NCBI RefSeq assembly: GCF_002075285.3
Contig: NZ_CP021983.2
Span: 1,320,001 to 1,352,000 of the forward strand
DNA: 32,000 nucleotides
Direction of reading: 5' to 3'
Origin: Halomicronema hongdechloris C2206
GTDB lineage: Bacteria; Cyanobacteriota; Cyanobacteriia; Phormidesmidales; Phormidesmidaceae
Shown: positions 24,501-32,000 of the stretch, one piece after another
How positions within the stretch are numbered: position 1 is the stretch's first letter
Layout: every line of letters begins with the position of its first letter
The notes under the pieces: model-generated
Told to the model about the DNA's origin: nothing
Databases searched by the model: none
What the model saw: only the letters and a program-made list of their open reading frames with translations
Position numbers and translations under genes: made by a program

Positions 24501-26973
24501 CAATTTTCCTTCTAACTGTTTGCAGAACAGATAGAGATCCATGATCAGTTTCGATCATCTCGATAAGTTGTGTCTTTCTTTCTTCCAACTGATCGCTAAT
24601 TACTCTTTTCCTTTGATTTACTCTTGCATCACGACGTAGGTTAAGCTCTTCTAATTCTGATTCAAGACTCCCTATTTGATCCAGACATTTTCTGATGTCC
24701 TGATCATTTATATTAAGCATTCTCAAAATTACTGGTAAATGCTGAAGAATATAATTCCGCGCACTCTTCACGTACAACTGTTGAGAATTTAGTAAATCAC
24801 GCCATATTTCTTCGATAGACTCAGTTTCAGTTCTATGAATACGCTGGAGGAGAACTCTAGCTGAGTTAATAAGGGTTTCTGCCAGACTTCCGTTGTCCTC
24901 AGGTAAATTAAACTTCAGCAGGACGATTTCTTGAGTAGAATGATCAAGCTGCCCCACAAATATATGTTCGGGTACTTTGTTCTGCTGAAGGGAGACATCA
25001 ATATCTTCTCTCAATAGATTTCTGACTGTTTGCACAGCACCTTCAACGGACTTCACTGCTATCCTAAAATTTCTGTTTCTAAGATTCTCGGACCAAAGTA
25101 CTCTCTCCCGCAACCCATCAAAACTACGGCTTTGTAGATATTTTTTGGCTAAATTTTGGACATCTTGGTTTGTTCCAGCAAATAAGCATAGTAGTCCGCC
25201 AACAGCCTCTGACGGTAAGTGAGATAGCCAAGGCCGAAAATATTGCTCTAGCGCTTGGGAATTAGCTGTGATGCTTTCTGCACTTCCTGTCCGAATGACT
25301 TTAGACACAGAAGATACAGCTTCTAAATCATTATCCTCATTTTCAATCTCTAAATATGTACCTAGAATAGTTCGCTGGGAACTGTGCAAGACGGAAGCGT
25401 TATCAATCCCTGTATATCTTTCACCGTCACAAAGCTGTTCAGGAGACCGCCACTCACCCTGCTGATTCAGTAATTGAATATGAGGTAGCAGAACTTCTCT
25501 AAAGCTCGCCAATGACTGAGAGGAAATTTTTAAGAAATAGTTGTAAACAGTAACCACCTCAGACGACGGGTTTGGGTATTGTGTTGCTAGCCAATCCAAT
25601 ATTTTTTTTAATCGGTTTAAATCATGGATTGTGTGCCGAACTTTAGGTAAAATAAATTCCTCAAACTCTTGAGACGAAATTTTATGCTTTAGTAGCAGTG
25701 CTGGTGTATGACTACATTCTTGTAGAGTCTGAGCTAACTGCCCAAGCAACGAGTCTGGTAAATCTCCTAGATAGTATTCAGGCAAATCGGCTATTGCATT
25801 TCCTAATTGCTTAATAGCATCCGTTCCAGATAAAAACATAGGTTTTATTTGGTTGCTCTCAAGACAAAATCGAATATCTAAATCATCACGTAACATGCCA
25901 GGCGTGATATACTTAGAGCTAGGCTGTTGTCTGAGGATTTCAGTTGCCTCTAAATCTATTGATTGAAGATCAATAATCTGTTGAGGCGATCGCGGCTGGT
26001 CATCTTGACCGACAAGCCACTCAGTTGTTTTGAGAGGTTCAATGATGGTCTTACGAAGGCTCTGATTTCGCTTCTCAAGAATGCTTAGTATCTTTAATAT
26101 TAGGCAAACATGGTCAAAAGGTTTTTGAGTCTTCTGTAGCAAGAATTCTAAAATATCATTGTCGTACCATTCCTCACATACCTGTCTAAGTGCTGGAGAT
26201 TCTTGAAGTTCCTCTTTGAGCATAGAATAGCTTGCATAGGAACAGTTATGCTCACTCTGGAAAACCTGTTGTAATTTAGACCTAAAATCAGCTAAATAAG
26301 ACGGCAAAAGTATTACATTCTTAGGTGCGATTGATTGTTCTGTCTTCAACTTAAGCCAATTAGCTTCTTTAATATGTTTCAAAAATTCTTCATTTAAATC
26401 TGAATCTGGAACCTGCATTAACTGAAGTAACAGCTCACAATATTGATCCGGTCGAGGCTGTTTCAGTATGACTGAGATAGCTGATTTGGGTGTCCATAGA
26501 GGAATCCAATCTGGACGATTCGTACAGGGAATGATCGTGACTAGTGTTCGTAGCTGAGAAGGCAAGGTGAAGTCAGGATTATTTAAATATGTACTATCTG
26601 CGATAGGGACAGATTTACCATCTGCTGACGTATGTAGTGGAAGGCTCTGCCAAAGTTCTTGCGTACCATAAATTGATACTTGCTTAAGAATTTCCCGTCG
26701 TTCCTCATCGCTAAAATCTTGCTCATGAAGAGCTGTTGCGTTTAAATCCTGAATCAAATTTTGGGGAGCAATAAGCTGTATGCCCAAAATTTTCAGTTGA
26801 TTCTGAGAAACGTCTTTGATCAAATCTGGAGAAAGGATGCGCCAAGGATCTAGAATCTGACGTGCTACTTTACCCCAAACAGCACTCGTCTGAGAGGCAA
26901 CATAGAGTGTATCTATGTTGTCATAATGCTCCGGAGAACCATGCAGTAGAAAACGTAGTGCTTGATTAGTCAT
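21523..26973 (-). CDS. Very large protein (1816 aa) with an internal sacsin/HSP90-like GHKL (Bergerat-fold) ATPase module
   Basis: At about residues 830-960 the protein reads IPFELFQNADDALLEY (N-box) and GKFGLGFKTVHLLS (G-box). I did not recognise the rest. Its ATG overlaps the stop of the upstream gene by 4 nt (26970-26973). Confidence 0.7.
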   Translation of the reverse strand: MTNQALRFLLHGSPEHYDNIDTLYVASQTSAVWGKVARQILDPWRILSPDLIKDVSQNQLKILGIQLIAPQNLIQDLNATALHEQDFSDEERREILKQVSIYGTQELWQSLPLHTSADGKSVPIADSTYLNNPDFTLPSQLRTLVTIIPCTNRPDWIPLWTPKSAISVILKQPRPDQYCELLLQLMQVPDSDLNEEFLKHIKEANWLKLKTEQSIAPKNVILLPSYLADFRSKLQQVFQSEHNCSYASYSMLKEELQESPALRQVCEEWYDNDILEFLLQKTQKPFDHVCLILKILSILEKRNQSLRKTIIEPLKTTEWLVGQDDQPRSPQQIIDLQSIDLEATEILRQQPSSKYITPGMLRDDLDIRFCLESNQIKPMFLSGTDAIKQLGNAIADLPEYYLGDLPDSLLGQLAQTLQECSHTPALLLKHKISSQEFEEFILPKVRHTIHDLNRLKKILDWLATQYPNPSSEVVTVYNYFLKISSQSLASFREVLLPHIQLLNQQGEWRSPEQLCDGERYTGIDNASVLHSSQRTILGTYLEIENEDNDLEAVSSVSKVIRTGSAESITANSQALEQYFRPWLSHLPSEAVGGLLCLFAGTNQDVQNLAKKYLQSRSFDGLRERVLWSENLRNRNFRIAVKSVEGAVQTVRNLLREDIDVSLQQNKVPEHIFVGQLDHSTQEIVLLKFNLPEDNGSLAETLINSARVLLQRIHRTETESIEEIWRDLLNSQQLYVKSARNYILQHLPVILRMLNINDQDIRKCLDQIGSLESELEELNLRRDARVNQRKRVISDQLEERKTQLIEMIETDHGSLSVLQTVRRKIEHGQYGYDISNIPFELFQNADDALLEYERLLGQSLPERNHFVLSLHDQGLTIMHWGRPINMVTHPDVQDEDSELSGFKRDLVKMLSFSDSSKGEDETGKFGLGFKTVHLLSRQPCVISGDIKFIIYAGLLPRSLPRPGQEDEDEGLTSNLRRFLQEHSPSPDINDGTIINLPFDSEILDPADSATESFYRSVGLLLVFSKRIKSCTLLNEAGGEENTRLTWSPQPVLGISEVEFGQIRLPKFNGNDLIWQSHNLLNFNLRSGNVAFVIPSDLSENSPLLNSPKLWVTNPTKESLNIRFVVNSHFDITTGRTSLDRNSKRNQDLIRDIGMQLGEVLCGLFFSSEGNWLALRQALHLNETISAYHFWNFLWDVLVKDWLRLNSDETILQLLKAGFSTEYYGCGYLISCHASLPNGLFGNARQLVRFDQITHKITGILSDQEIFNIVSNWPNFEDSSSRWVHHQVWQDVVKLMGTSSHQPSSLKLADILVEALGNRNVNPEIACSIGNLVNPSRMTQWKVSHLSEYEAIRQVLDGEPLGFMNQAAGYLAASLLLVTHTGDLEERRLVAFAPSNRILHSDYTDTALEFFRVCRPRRETIAVEELVEWARSATTEEQRQAVRVYLSSGERSLEFSRQLQSSIENTWMKDDPAIRSLLQTKARQLQEERAIQGEIPWEQISSLDNDQASQDSEDPPEEPNPNDSRDLLDDIYRWWKEQGGREIRDYNQRLYPIGINELTQGLRDGNRSTWLMLFFIGATHTMGRTRHEQHRDFIRFCINQGWWNTFSESDPQDASEQWIYVLNDYLESLRQDTTWYYWMEKYPNIYQISKYLDEYQDSFLRAERIPHRFELVTLTNPRLASDLSGGGVDAPPLRLGIGANFVIRELVRFEIIEPTEYIFSHCFVPRAKIRRIMMRLGCQGLQSSDYRHSRHIYTFLQKEFKNLDLSDFPTFQNCFDIPFELYAKRHSLDLRGLLVREDLGWYEGLSDEDYFEDEPNGN

Positions 26974-28763
26974 GGCAGTAGTCTCCTTAATAGGTTGATG
27001 CGATTTTCAGGAGCCGCCAGGTGGGGACGTGTTTCGAGAATTGAGATGCAAGCTGTGCGATCGCACTCATTCAGAGATTCACACAATTTCTCCGCGATTT
27101 CTCGATCAACTAAAATAATCTCGGTGTTCTCTAAAGCCTCCTGTAATGGTTTTGCAAAGTTATTTTCGTTTTTTGATTTTTTGAAAATAGAACCACTCTG
27201 GGAATTAATTTCTCTAAGACTGTAGAGGGTTTCCTCACCTGTCCGACAGTTTTCTCCAAATATGAAGGACAATGTTTCAGTTTGGCTCCGAAATTCTGAT
27301 AAGTCATGGCCTGGAATGGCACGAATAATCTGATGAACAATTTCAATAATGAGAGATCGCTCTTCAGTGTTATCGAGCAATACAGAAATGACCGCCCCGG
27401 CATTTTGCCCTGATAGTGTTTGAGCTTCATCACTAGGACAGATCTGAGTGGGAATTAACAAAATGTCTAGGTCTTGATTATCGAGGTCTCGATTGAGATT
27501 TTGCAACAGTTCTTGATCAGGACAGTTGATGCAAAACCAATGTGATGGACTTAGCCTAGAAATGACGGATTGTATGAGCGTTCGCTGCTGCTCTAGTTGA
27601 TGAAACTCCAAATTAACGAGAGCGCTTCTTACTTGCTTCTGCAAACTCTCTTGGATGTCGTTGGATACTAACCACTCACTAGAAGTAGGGATAACAATGT
27701 TTAACCAACTCACAAAAAACTGCAGCTCAGCATCATTTTGAACAATGTGGATGATATCCAACGAGTCCAGAACTGTAATAATGTCATCATCTGCCCAGTT
27801 ATCCGGCTTCTCTAAAGGAATCAGATTAGGATCATTCTCAATAATGAGACAGGCAGAATTAGCAATCTGAGTTAATGCTGACCAGACATTCCAAGTTGGG
27901 CAGCGAGGCACAGCCAGTATGCGCTGCTGCGAACCGTCTACTAATTGCCACCGGGTATCGGCTGGTTGTACCCGATACACCCAATATCCTGGCTGATATA
28001 AATACTGATGTAAAACTTGTGTCTGAAAGAGCTTCGACTGTTTCAAAGCTTCACAAAGAACTCCAATATCAGATTGCTCTAGTTCAGAACTTTCACAAAA
28101 TTCGTTTAATGCTGGAAGAATCTGCGGTAATGTCCCTTTCGTTGCCAGAATTGTATTCCAAGCCCTGATCATTTCAGTATCGTTGCTTGGCGTTTGCGAG
28201 CTTCCATTGCCAGCATAGAGTTCATCTAGTCCTTCAATCGATTGCCGTCCAGAATCCAGAAAAAAGTATCCATGCAGCATCAGCGTATAATCCTGCGTTC
28301 CCTCAATGGAGATGCATTCATGCACAGCATGATTTCCACCTCCGTCAGCCAAGGGCAGAAAGACAGCCCATTGAATGATTAAACGGCTCTCTGCATTAGC
28401 AGGTTGGTGAGAGAAAACAACTCCACAATGGGGAATTGCCTTATCTGCTACAGTGATTGACCTACCAGTTAAATCGTTATAACTCGAACGTTTTGGCCAA
28501 TGGTCTGACTCCTTAAGAACAGTCCAAAAATCACCATTCAAGTCAGGCTGATCAGCAAGTAATCCTTGAAACTGTTGTTCTGGTAAAGACGCTTCGACTC
28601 CTCCGTACCTAGCCTGATGATTGGAGAGTTGGATAGAGCCTCGGAACGGGTGTTTTATATTATGCTCTGAAAGATTCCCCTTAGTTCTTGGATAGATAAA
28701 TCGCTGATCTGGAGTCTCTAATTGAATTGACAGTTTTTGGAATCTATCTTGATGCGAAAATAC
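26970..28763 (-). pseudogene. C-terminal fragment of an IS-disrupted sacsin-like GHKL ATPase gene
   Basis: The minus-strand frame is open from 28763 to the stop at 26970. It continues in phase from the N-terminal fragment once the IS and one target-duplication copy are removed. Confidence 0.8.
28756..28763. repeat. Target-site duplication gaaaatac (left copy)
   Basis: An identical 8-mer directly abuts both IS ends. Confidence 0.85.
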
Positions 28764-28796
28764 GGCTCTGCAGGAATGAGTATGCTGGTGTAGTAG

Positions 28797-29252
28797 ATGC
28801 TATACCGTATCGCTATGGTACCTCTCTTGAGTGAACTCTTGGGGTTGTCTGGCATTGATGTGGAGTCATACCAGGAGAGCGAGGATGGCTTGATTCTGGA
28901 GGTAGAAGCGCACAGGGACACAGCAATCTGTCCTCGCTGCGGGACTTTGAGCCACCACCTCCATCAGAATCATGGCTACCTGGTGCGTGACCTACCCATC
29001 AGCCATTACCGGAAGACCTGGTTACGGGTGAATCGCCGCCAGTTTAAGTGTTCGACCTGCGGTAAACCCTTCAGCGAGGAGCTGGAGTTTGTCGGCGCGC
29101 GTCGGGTGTACACGGACCGGTATGCCGAGGTGGTGGTGAGTGAGGTGATTCATAGTAATACGGCTAATGTGGCGCGACAGCACGGGTTGAGCGAAGATAT
29201 CGTCTGGTCCATGGTGGAGTATGTCAGCGAAAAAAAGTCTGTATTGACTTGA
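28797..29252 (+). CDS. ISL3 transposase, N-terminal ORF with zinc-finger/HTH region
   Basis: The protein reads ICPRCGTLSHHLHQNHGYLVRDLPISHYRKTWLRVNRRQFKCSTCGKPF, the zf-ISL3-like CxxC...CxxC pattern. Confidence 0.8.
   Translation: MLYRIAMVPLLSELLGLSGIDVESYQESEDGLILEVEAHRDTAICPRCGTLSHHLHQNHGYLVRDLPISHYRKTWLRVNRRQFKCSTCGKPFSEELEFVGARRVYTDRYAEVVVSEVIHSNTANVARQHGLSEDIVWSMVEYVSEKKSVLT
29231..29237 (+). promoter_or_regulatory. A_AAA_AAG slippery heptamer, in phase with ORF1; candidate -1 frameshift site joining the two transposase ORFs
   Basis: The ORF1 codons are GAA(29229) AAA(29232) AAG(29235). The -1 frame reads on as V C I D L S G L R R L G I D E I without a stop into ORF2. Confidence 0.4.
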
Positions 29253-30031
29253 GTGGATTGCGGCGGTTGGGCATCGACGAAATCGCGCTACGTAAAGGTC
29301 ACAAGGACTTTGCTGTGGTCTTGAGTGACCTCGATACTCACAGGCTGATTGGGATGGCTCCAGCGCGGACTCATGCGGCGATTGAAGCCGTGCTCAACAC
29401 CTGGGGTGCCGAAGTGCTCTCAAACATTGAAGAAGTCAGCATGGATCTCTCCGGCAATTACCGGGGCTTAGTGCATCGCCTGATGCCTCAAGCCGAGATT
29501 GTGGCCGACCGTTTCCATGTCATGAGTCTGGTCAATCAGGAATTGAATCAAGCCCGTAACGCCCTCCGGCGGACACCCGAGGCTTTAGCCGAGGGCGTCA
29601 CTCCTGAGGCGGCTAAAGCAGCGCTCAAATCCAGTAAGTATGCCCTCCTCAAGCCAGAAGCCCATCTCACCAAGACCCAGCAGGACAAGCTCGTTGAGGT
29701 CAAAGCTGTTTCGCCGAAACTCGCCTTGATGCATCAGACCAAAGAAGCCTTTAGGACTCTATTTGAGGCTCAGTCTTGGGCTCAAGCCCTGCCGGGTTTC
29801 CTGGGCTGGATGGGAACCGCGCAATCCCTCTACCCCGAGGCTGTGGCAACGATGAAGCGATGGTTTGGCGAAATCCTCCAGTACTTTGAACACCGCACCA
29901 CAAGCGGTGTCGTCGAAGGCATCAATACTCGCCTAAAGTTGATCAAGCGCTCTGGTTACGGGTTCACCAACTTTGAGCGATTTCGGCTCCGCTGCCTCAT
30001 CTGCTGGCATTTTTCTCCTGCTGCTGCATAA
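29249..30031 (+). CDS. ISL3 transposase, catalytic DDE part (the frame is open upstream to at least 29225)
   Basis: The protein reads LGIDEIALRKGHKDFAVVLSDLD...ADRFHVM...SGVVEGINTRLKLIKRSGYGF, typical of the DDE_Tnp_ISL3 core. The stop lies inside the right inverted repeat. Confidence 0.8.
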   Translation: MSGLRRLGIDEIALRKGHKDFAVVLSDLDTHRLIGMAPARTHAAIEAVLNTWGAEVLSNIEEVSMDLSGNYRGLVHRLMPQAEIVADRFHVMSLVNQELNQARNALRRTPEALAEGVTPEAAKAALKSSKYALLKPEAHLTKTQQDKLVEVKAVSPKLALMHQTKEAFRTLFEAQSWAQALPGFLGWMGTAQSLYPEAVATMKRWFGEILQYFEHRTTSGVVEGINTRLKLIKRSGYGFTNFERFRLRCLICWHFSPAAA

Positions 30032-30047
30032 TTATCCCAGGAGAGCC

Positions 30048-30055
30048 GAAAATAC
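30048..30055. repeat. Target-site duplication gaaaatac (right copy)
   Basis: An identical 8-mer directly abuts both IS ends. Confidence 0.85.
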
Positions 30056-30748
30056 CCAGTAGTAAATGGATTGTAGTGAGTTTAAACAAGGAATTAGGGT
30101 GCTAATTCGTCTATCTAAATCCCTGGGCAGATGTTGCTGAATTGTGTGATAATCATAGGTTTTAGACAGGAGTGCCCGAGGTTGATTTGAGATCCTCAAT
30201 GGTAGCCAGAGAACGAAATAATTTGAATAGTTTTGAGTTATTAAAATATCCTCTAAATAGTTCTCGACAGCGCTCTTATCTCGCGGGGTCATTGGTTGCC
30301 CATCTGCCCAGGGGGTTAAGAATCGATAGCTTTGAGCTTTTTCTGATAATTGGTCTGATTCGGCAATATAAAAGAATGATTCACAAAAATGGAAAACGCT
30401 CTTTTGTCCCAAGCCAAATTTACCAATCTTGGCTGAATTTCCAGCATTAAAATCGATTCCGATCCAACCAATCGCTTTTGCATCAGAATCTCGGAATCCA
30501 CCATTATTGACAAAGAATAAAGATGGTTGTTCTAGGAGAGGATGTTCGACTTCTGTTGAGGGTAATCCTGGAGTTACCCCCATATCTAAGCGAGTTGCAC
30601 CCGCATCATTCGCATTTTGAAGAATCTCTTTGATAATGGGAAATCCTTCTTTATATCGTTCCTTGAGTAGCGTTTGGATTTGATTAGCGATCGCTCCTGG
30701 CGGAACTTCTAATCCTGTTTTGTCAAACTCCTGCATATCGGTAACCAT
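30048..30748 (-). pseudogene. N-terminal fragment of the IS-disrupted sacsin-like GHKL ATPase gene
   Basis: The protein reads IIKEILQNANDAGATRLDMGV (N-box) and AKIGKFGLGQKSVFHF (G-box). The track ORF (30032-30748) reads on into the IS inverted repeat and stops there. Confidence 0.8.
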
Positions 30749-30765
30749 CAGTAGGCTTATAGAGC

Positions 30766-32000
30766 TTAGTTGAGAAATTTGCTAGGTTTTCCAACCCAGC
30801 AAATGAACAGTTCATCCCTTGCCCGCGTAAGGCTTACGTACAGAAGCTGCCTCTCCCTAGCCAGTACATCCTTCTGTAGCTGAGTATCCTTAGTCCTATT
30901 AACGAGATATTTCAGCGGCACCTGGTCATCCGATACATTCACTACAAACACCGCCTTAAACTCCAACCCCTTAGCCCGGTGCATCGTCCCCGCATTCACT
31001 GCCGACTCCCGTGCTCCCCCCTTCCGCAGGTTATGGCACTTGAGCCCAGCTTCCTTCAATGCACTCTCAAGCTGAGTAATCGCCTTGTTAGTACGAGCAA
31101 AAATAGCCACCTCTTCCGGGGCTAACCCCTCCTGGGTAATTGCTTGGATTTGCTTCACCAAGAACTCCTGTTGTTGCTCCTGGGTATTAAATCCCTTCAT
31201 GACGGGCTTGGGTCCACTCAAAAGACTGACCGTTCCCTTACGGCTCTCCTGTCCGCCATCCATGTCATCGCTCTGGTGACCCAGCATGGTATCGGCGAAC
31301 TGTCGAATTTGTTCCGTAGTGCGGTAGTTGATCCGGAGAATATGAGACCGTCCCCGCACATCCACCCCAAGCGCTTTGAGGCTAAACGGGGTGCTGTAAA
31401 TCCGCTGTCCTCCATCGCCTACCAGAGTGAGAGAATCATCCCCGTCTCCCGCCAATGCTGCCAGCAGCATAATCTCCTGGGGGCGCAGGTCCTGAAGTTC
31501 ATCTACGATGACGGCATCGAATGGACTTTCAACCTTCCCCGTGGTGACTAACTCCCTAGCTAAACGGCAAATGGAGGGGTAATCCATGCAACCCTTCTCA
31601 TTCAAGGTTTCATACACCCGCTGAAAAATCTGCCAGACCTGCTTTCGTCCCTTAACCGTTAGCGGAAACCCTCGACCTGTGCGGTTAGCACTGCGGTAGT
31701 CGTCCCAGGTGGTAACACCCTGGTCCTGAATGACCGTTTCCCATTCAGTCTTCAGCAGGTCGGGTTCTAGGGGACAGATACCAGGATGGTAATACTCATC
31801 GATAAGTTTCCAAATCTCGTCGTTATTGATGGGATAGAGATCTGAATTCGCTGTTTTGGCTAAAGCTAGCCCCTGGCTGTGAACCGTCGTTACCGTAATG
31901 CGCGATCGCTCCTCTGAGGTACATAGCAGCTCTAGGTTGTGCTCGATGTTTTCACACAGGGTCGATACATAGCTGGTCAAAAAGACCCGCTTACCCTGCC
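30766..32000 (-). CDS. UvrD/Rep-like SF1 helicase, C-terminal ~410 aa (5' end beyond the window)
   Basis: Motifs read AVIVDELQDL (motif II), LVGDGGQRIY (III), LRINYRTTEQI (IV), GTMHRAKGLEFKAVFV (V) and LLYVSLTRARDEL (VI). The frame stays open from 31980 to position 32000. Confidence 0.8.
   Translation of the reverse strand, partial: QGKRVFLTSYVSTLCENIEHNLELLCTSEERSRITVTTVHSQGLALAKTANSDLYPINNDEIWKLIDEYYHPGICPLEPDLLKTEWETVIQDQGVTTWDDYRSANRTGRGFPLTVKGRKQVWQIFQRVYETLNEKGCMDYPSICRLARELVTTGKVESPFDAVIVDELQDLRPQEIMLLAALAGDGDDSLTLVGDGGQRIYSTPFSLKALGVDVRGRSHILRINYRTTEQIRQFADTMLGHQSDDMDGGQESRKGTVSLLSGPKPVMKGFNTQEQQQEFLVKQIQAITQEGLAPEEVAIFARTNKAITQLESALKEAGLKCHNLRKGGARESAVNAGTMHRAKGLEFKAVFVVNVSDDQVPLKYLVNRTKDTQLQKDVLARERQLLYVSLTRARDELFICWVGKPSKFLN

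Larger units (their letters stand above)
28764..30047 (+). mobile_element. ISL3-family insertion sequence, 1284 bp
   Basis: The imperfect terminal inverted repeats are ggctctgcaggaatgagtatgc (28764-) and the reverse complement of 30026-30047, ggctctcctgggataattatgc; 17 of 22 positions match. The element is flanked by the 8-bp direct repeat gaaaatac. It encodes an ISL3-type transposase. Confidence 0.85.

Noticed and set aside
7286-32000. Calling the array a complete DISARM or BREX system
   Set aside because: The window contains no DrmA/DrmB (DUF1998) or PLD-type DrmC. It also contains no PglZ phosphatase, BrxC/PglY ATPase, BrxA/B or BrxL. Only the SNF2 and N6A-MTase components resemble those systems.

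Overview
This is a cyanobacterial chromosome segment. The HIP1 octamer GCGATCGC recurs throughout, for example at 373-380, 956-963 and 1277-1284. The left ~2.2 kb is high-GC housekeeping DNA carrying the 5' part of a pxcA/cemA-like gene and a Hanks-type Ser/Thr kinase. A truncated tRNA-Gly(CCC) 3' half at 2214-2259 then marks what looks like the border of a defence/accessory island of at least 30 kb that runs to the window end. From left to right the island contains the following:
- A small two-gene operon and an RHH gene.
- A short-pAgo system of the SPARDA type, with DUF4365/DREN-APAZ followed by a catalytically dead short Argonaute.
- An orphan RHH antitoxin-like gene and a vapBC-like PIN toxin-antitoxin pair.
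- A ~24.7 kb same-strand, tightly spaced array of seven very large genes: a UvrD-like helicase (5' end outside the window), a sacsin-like GHKL ATPase (~828 aa, split by an ISL3 insertion with an 8-bp target duplication), a second sacsin-like GHKL protein (1816 aa), an SNF2 helicase (903 aa), an SNF2 helicase (958 aa), and two paralogous ~1400-aa PglX/DrmMI-like N6-adenine DNA methyltransferases.

I cannot match this seven-gene array to any named defence system, and it is my main candidate for an undescribed system. Further points of interest are:
- A sharp GC mosaic, including a low-GC cassette swapped into the C-terminal half of one methyltransferase.
- Two families of palindromic MITE-like repeats inserted in frame into three of the large genes.
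- Non-canonical motif I and motif IV residues in one methyltransferase paralog.
- An in-phase A_AAA_AAG slippery heptamer at the junction of the two transposase ORFs.

All homology calls come from reading motifs in the translations. No database search was possible.
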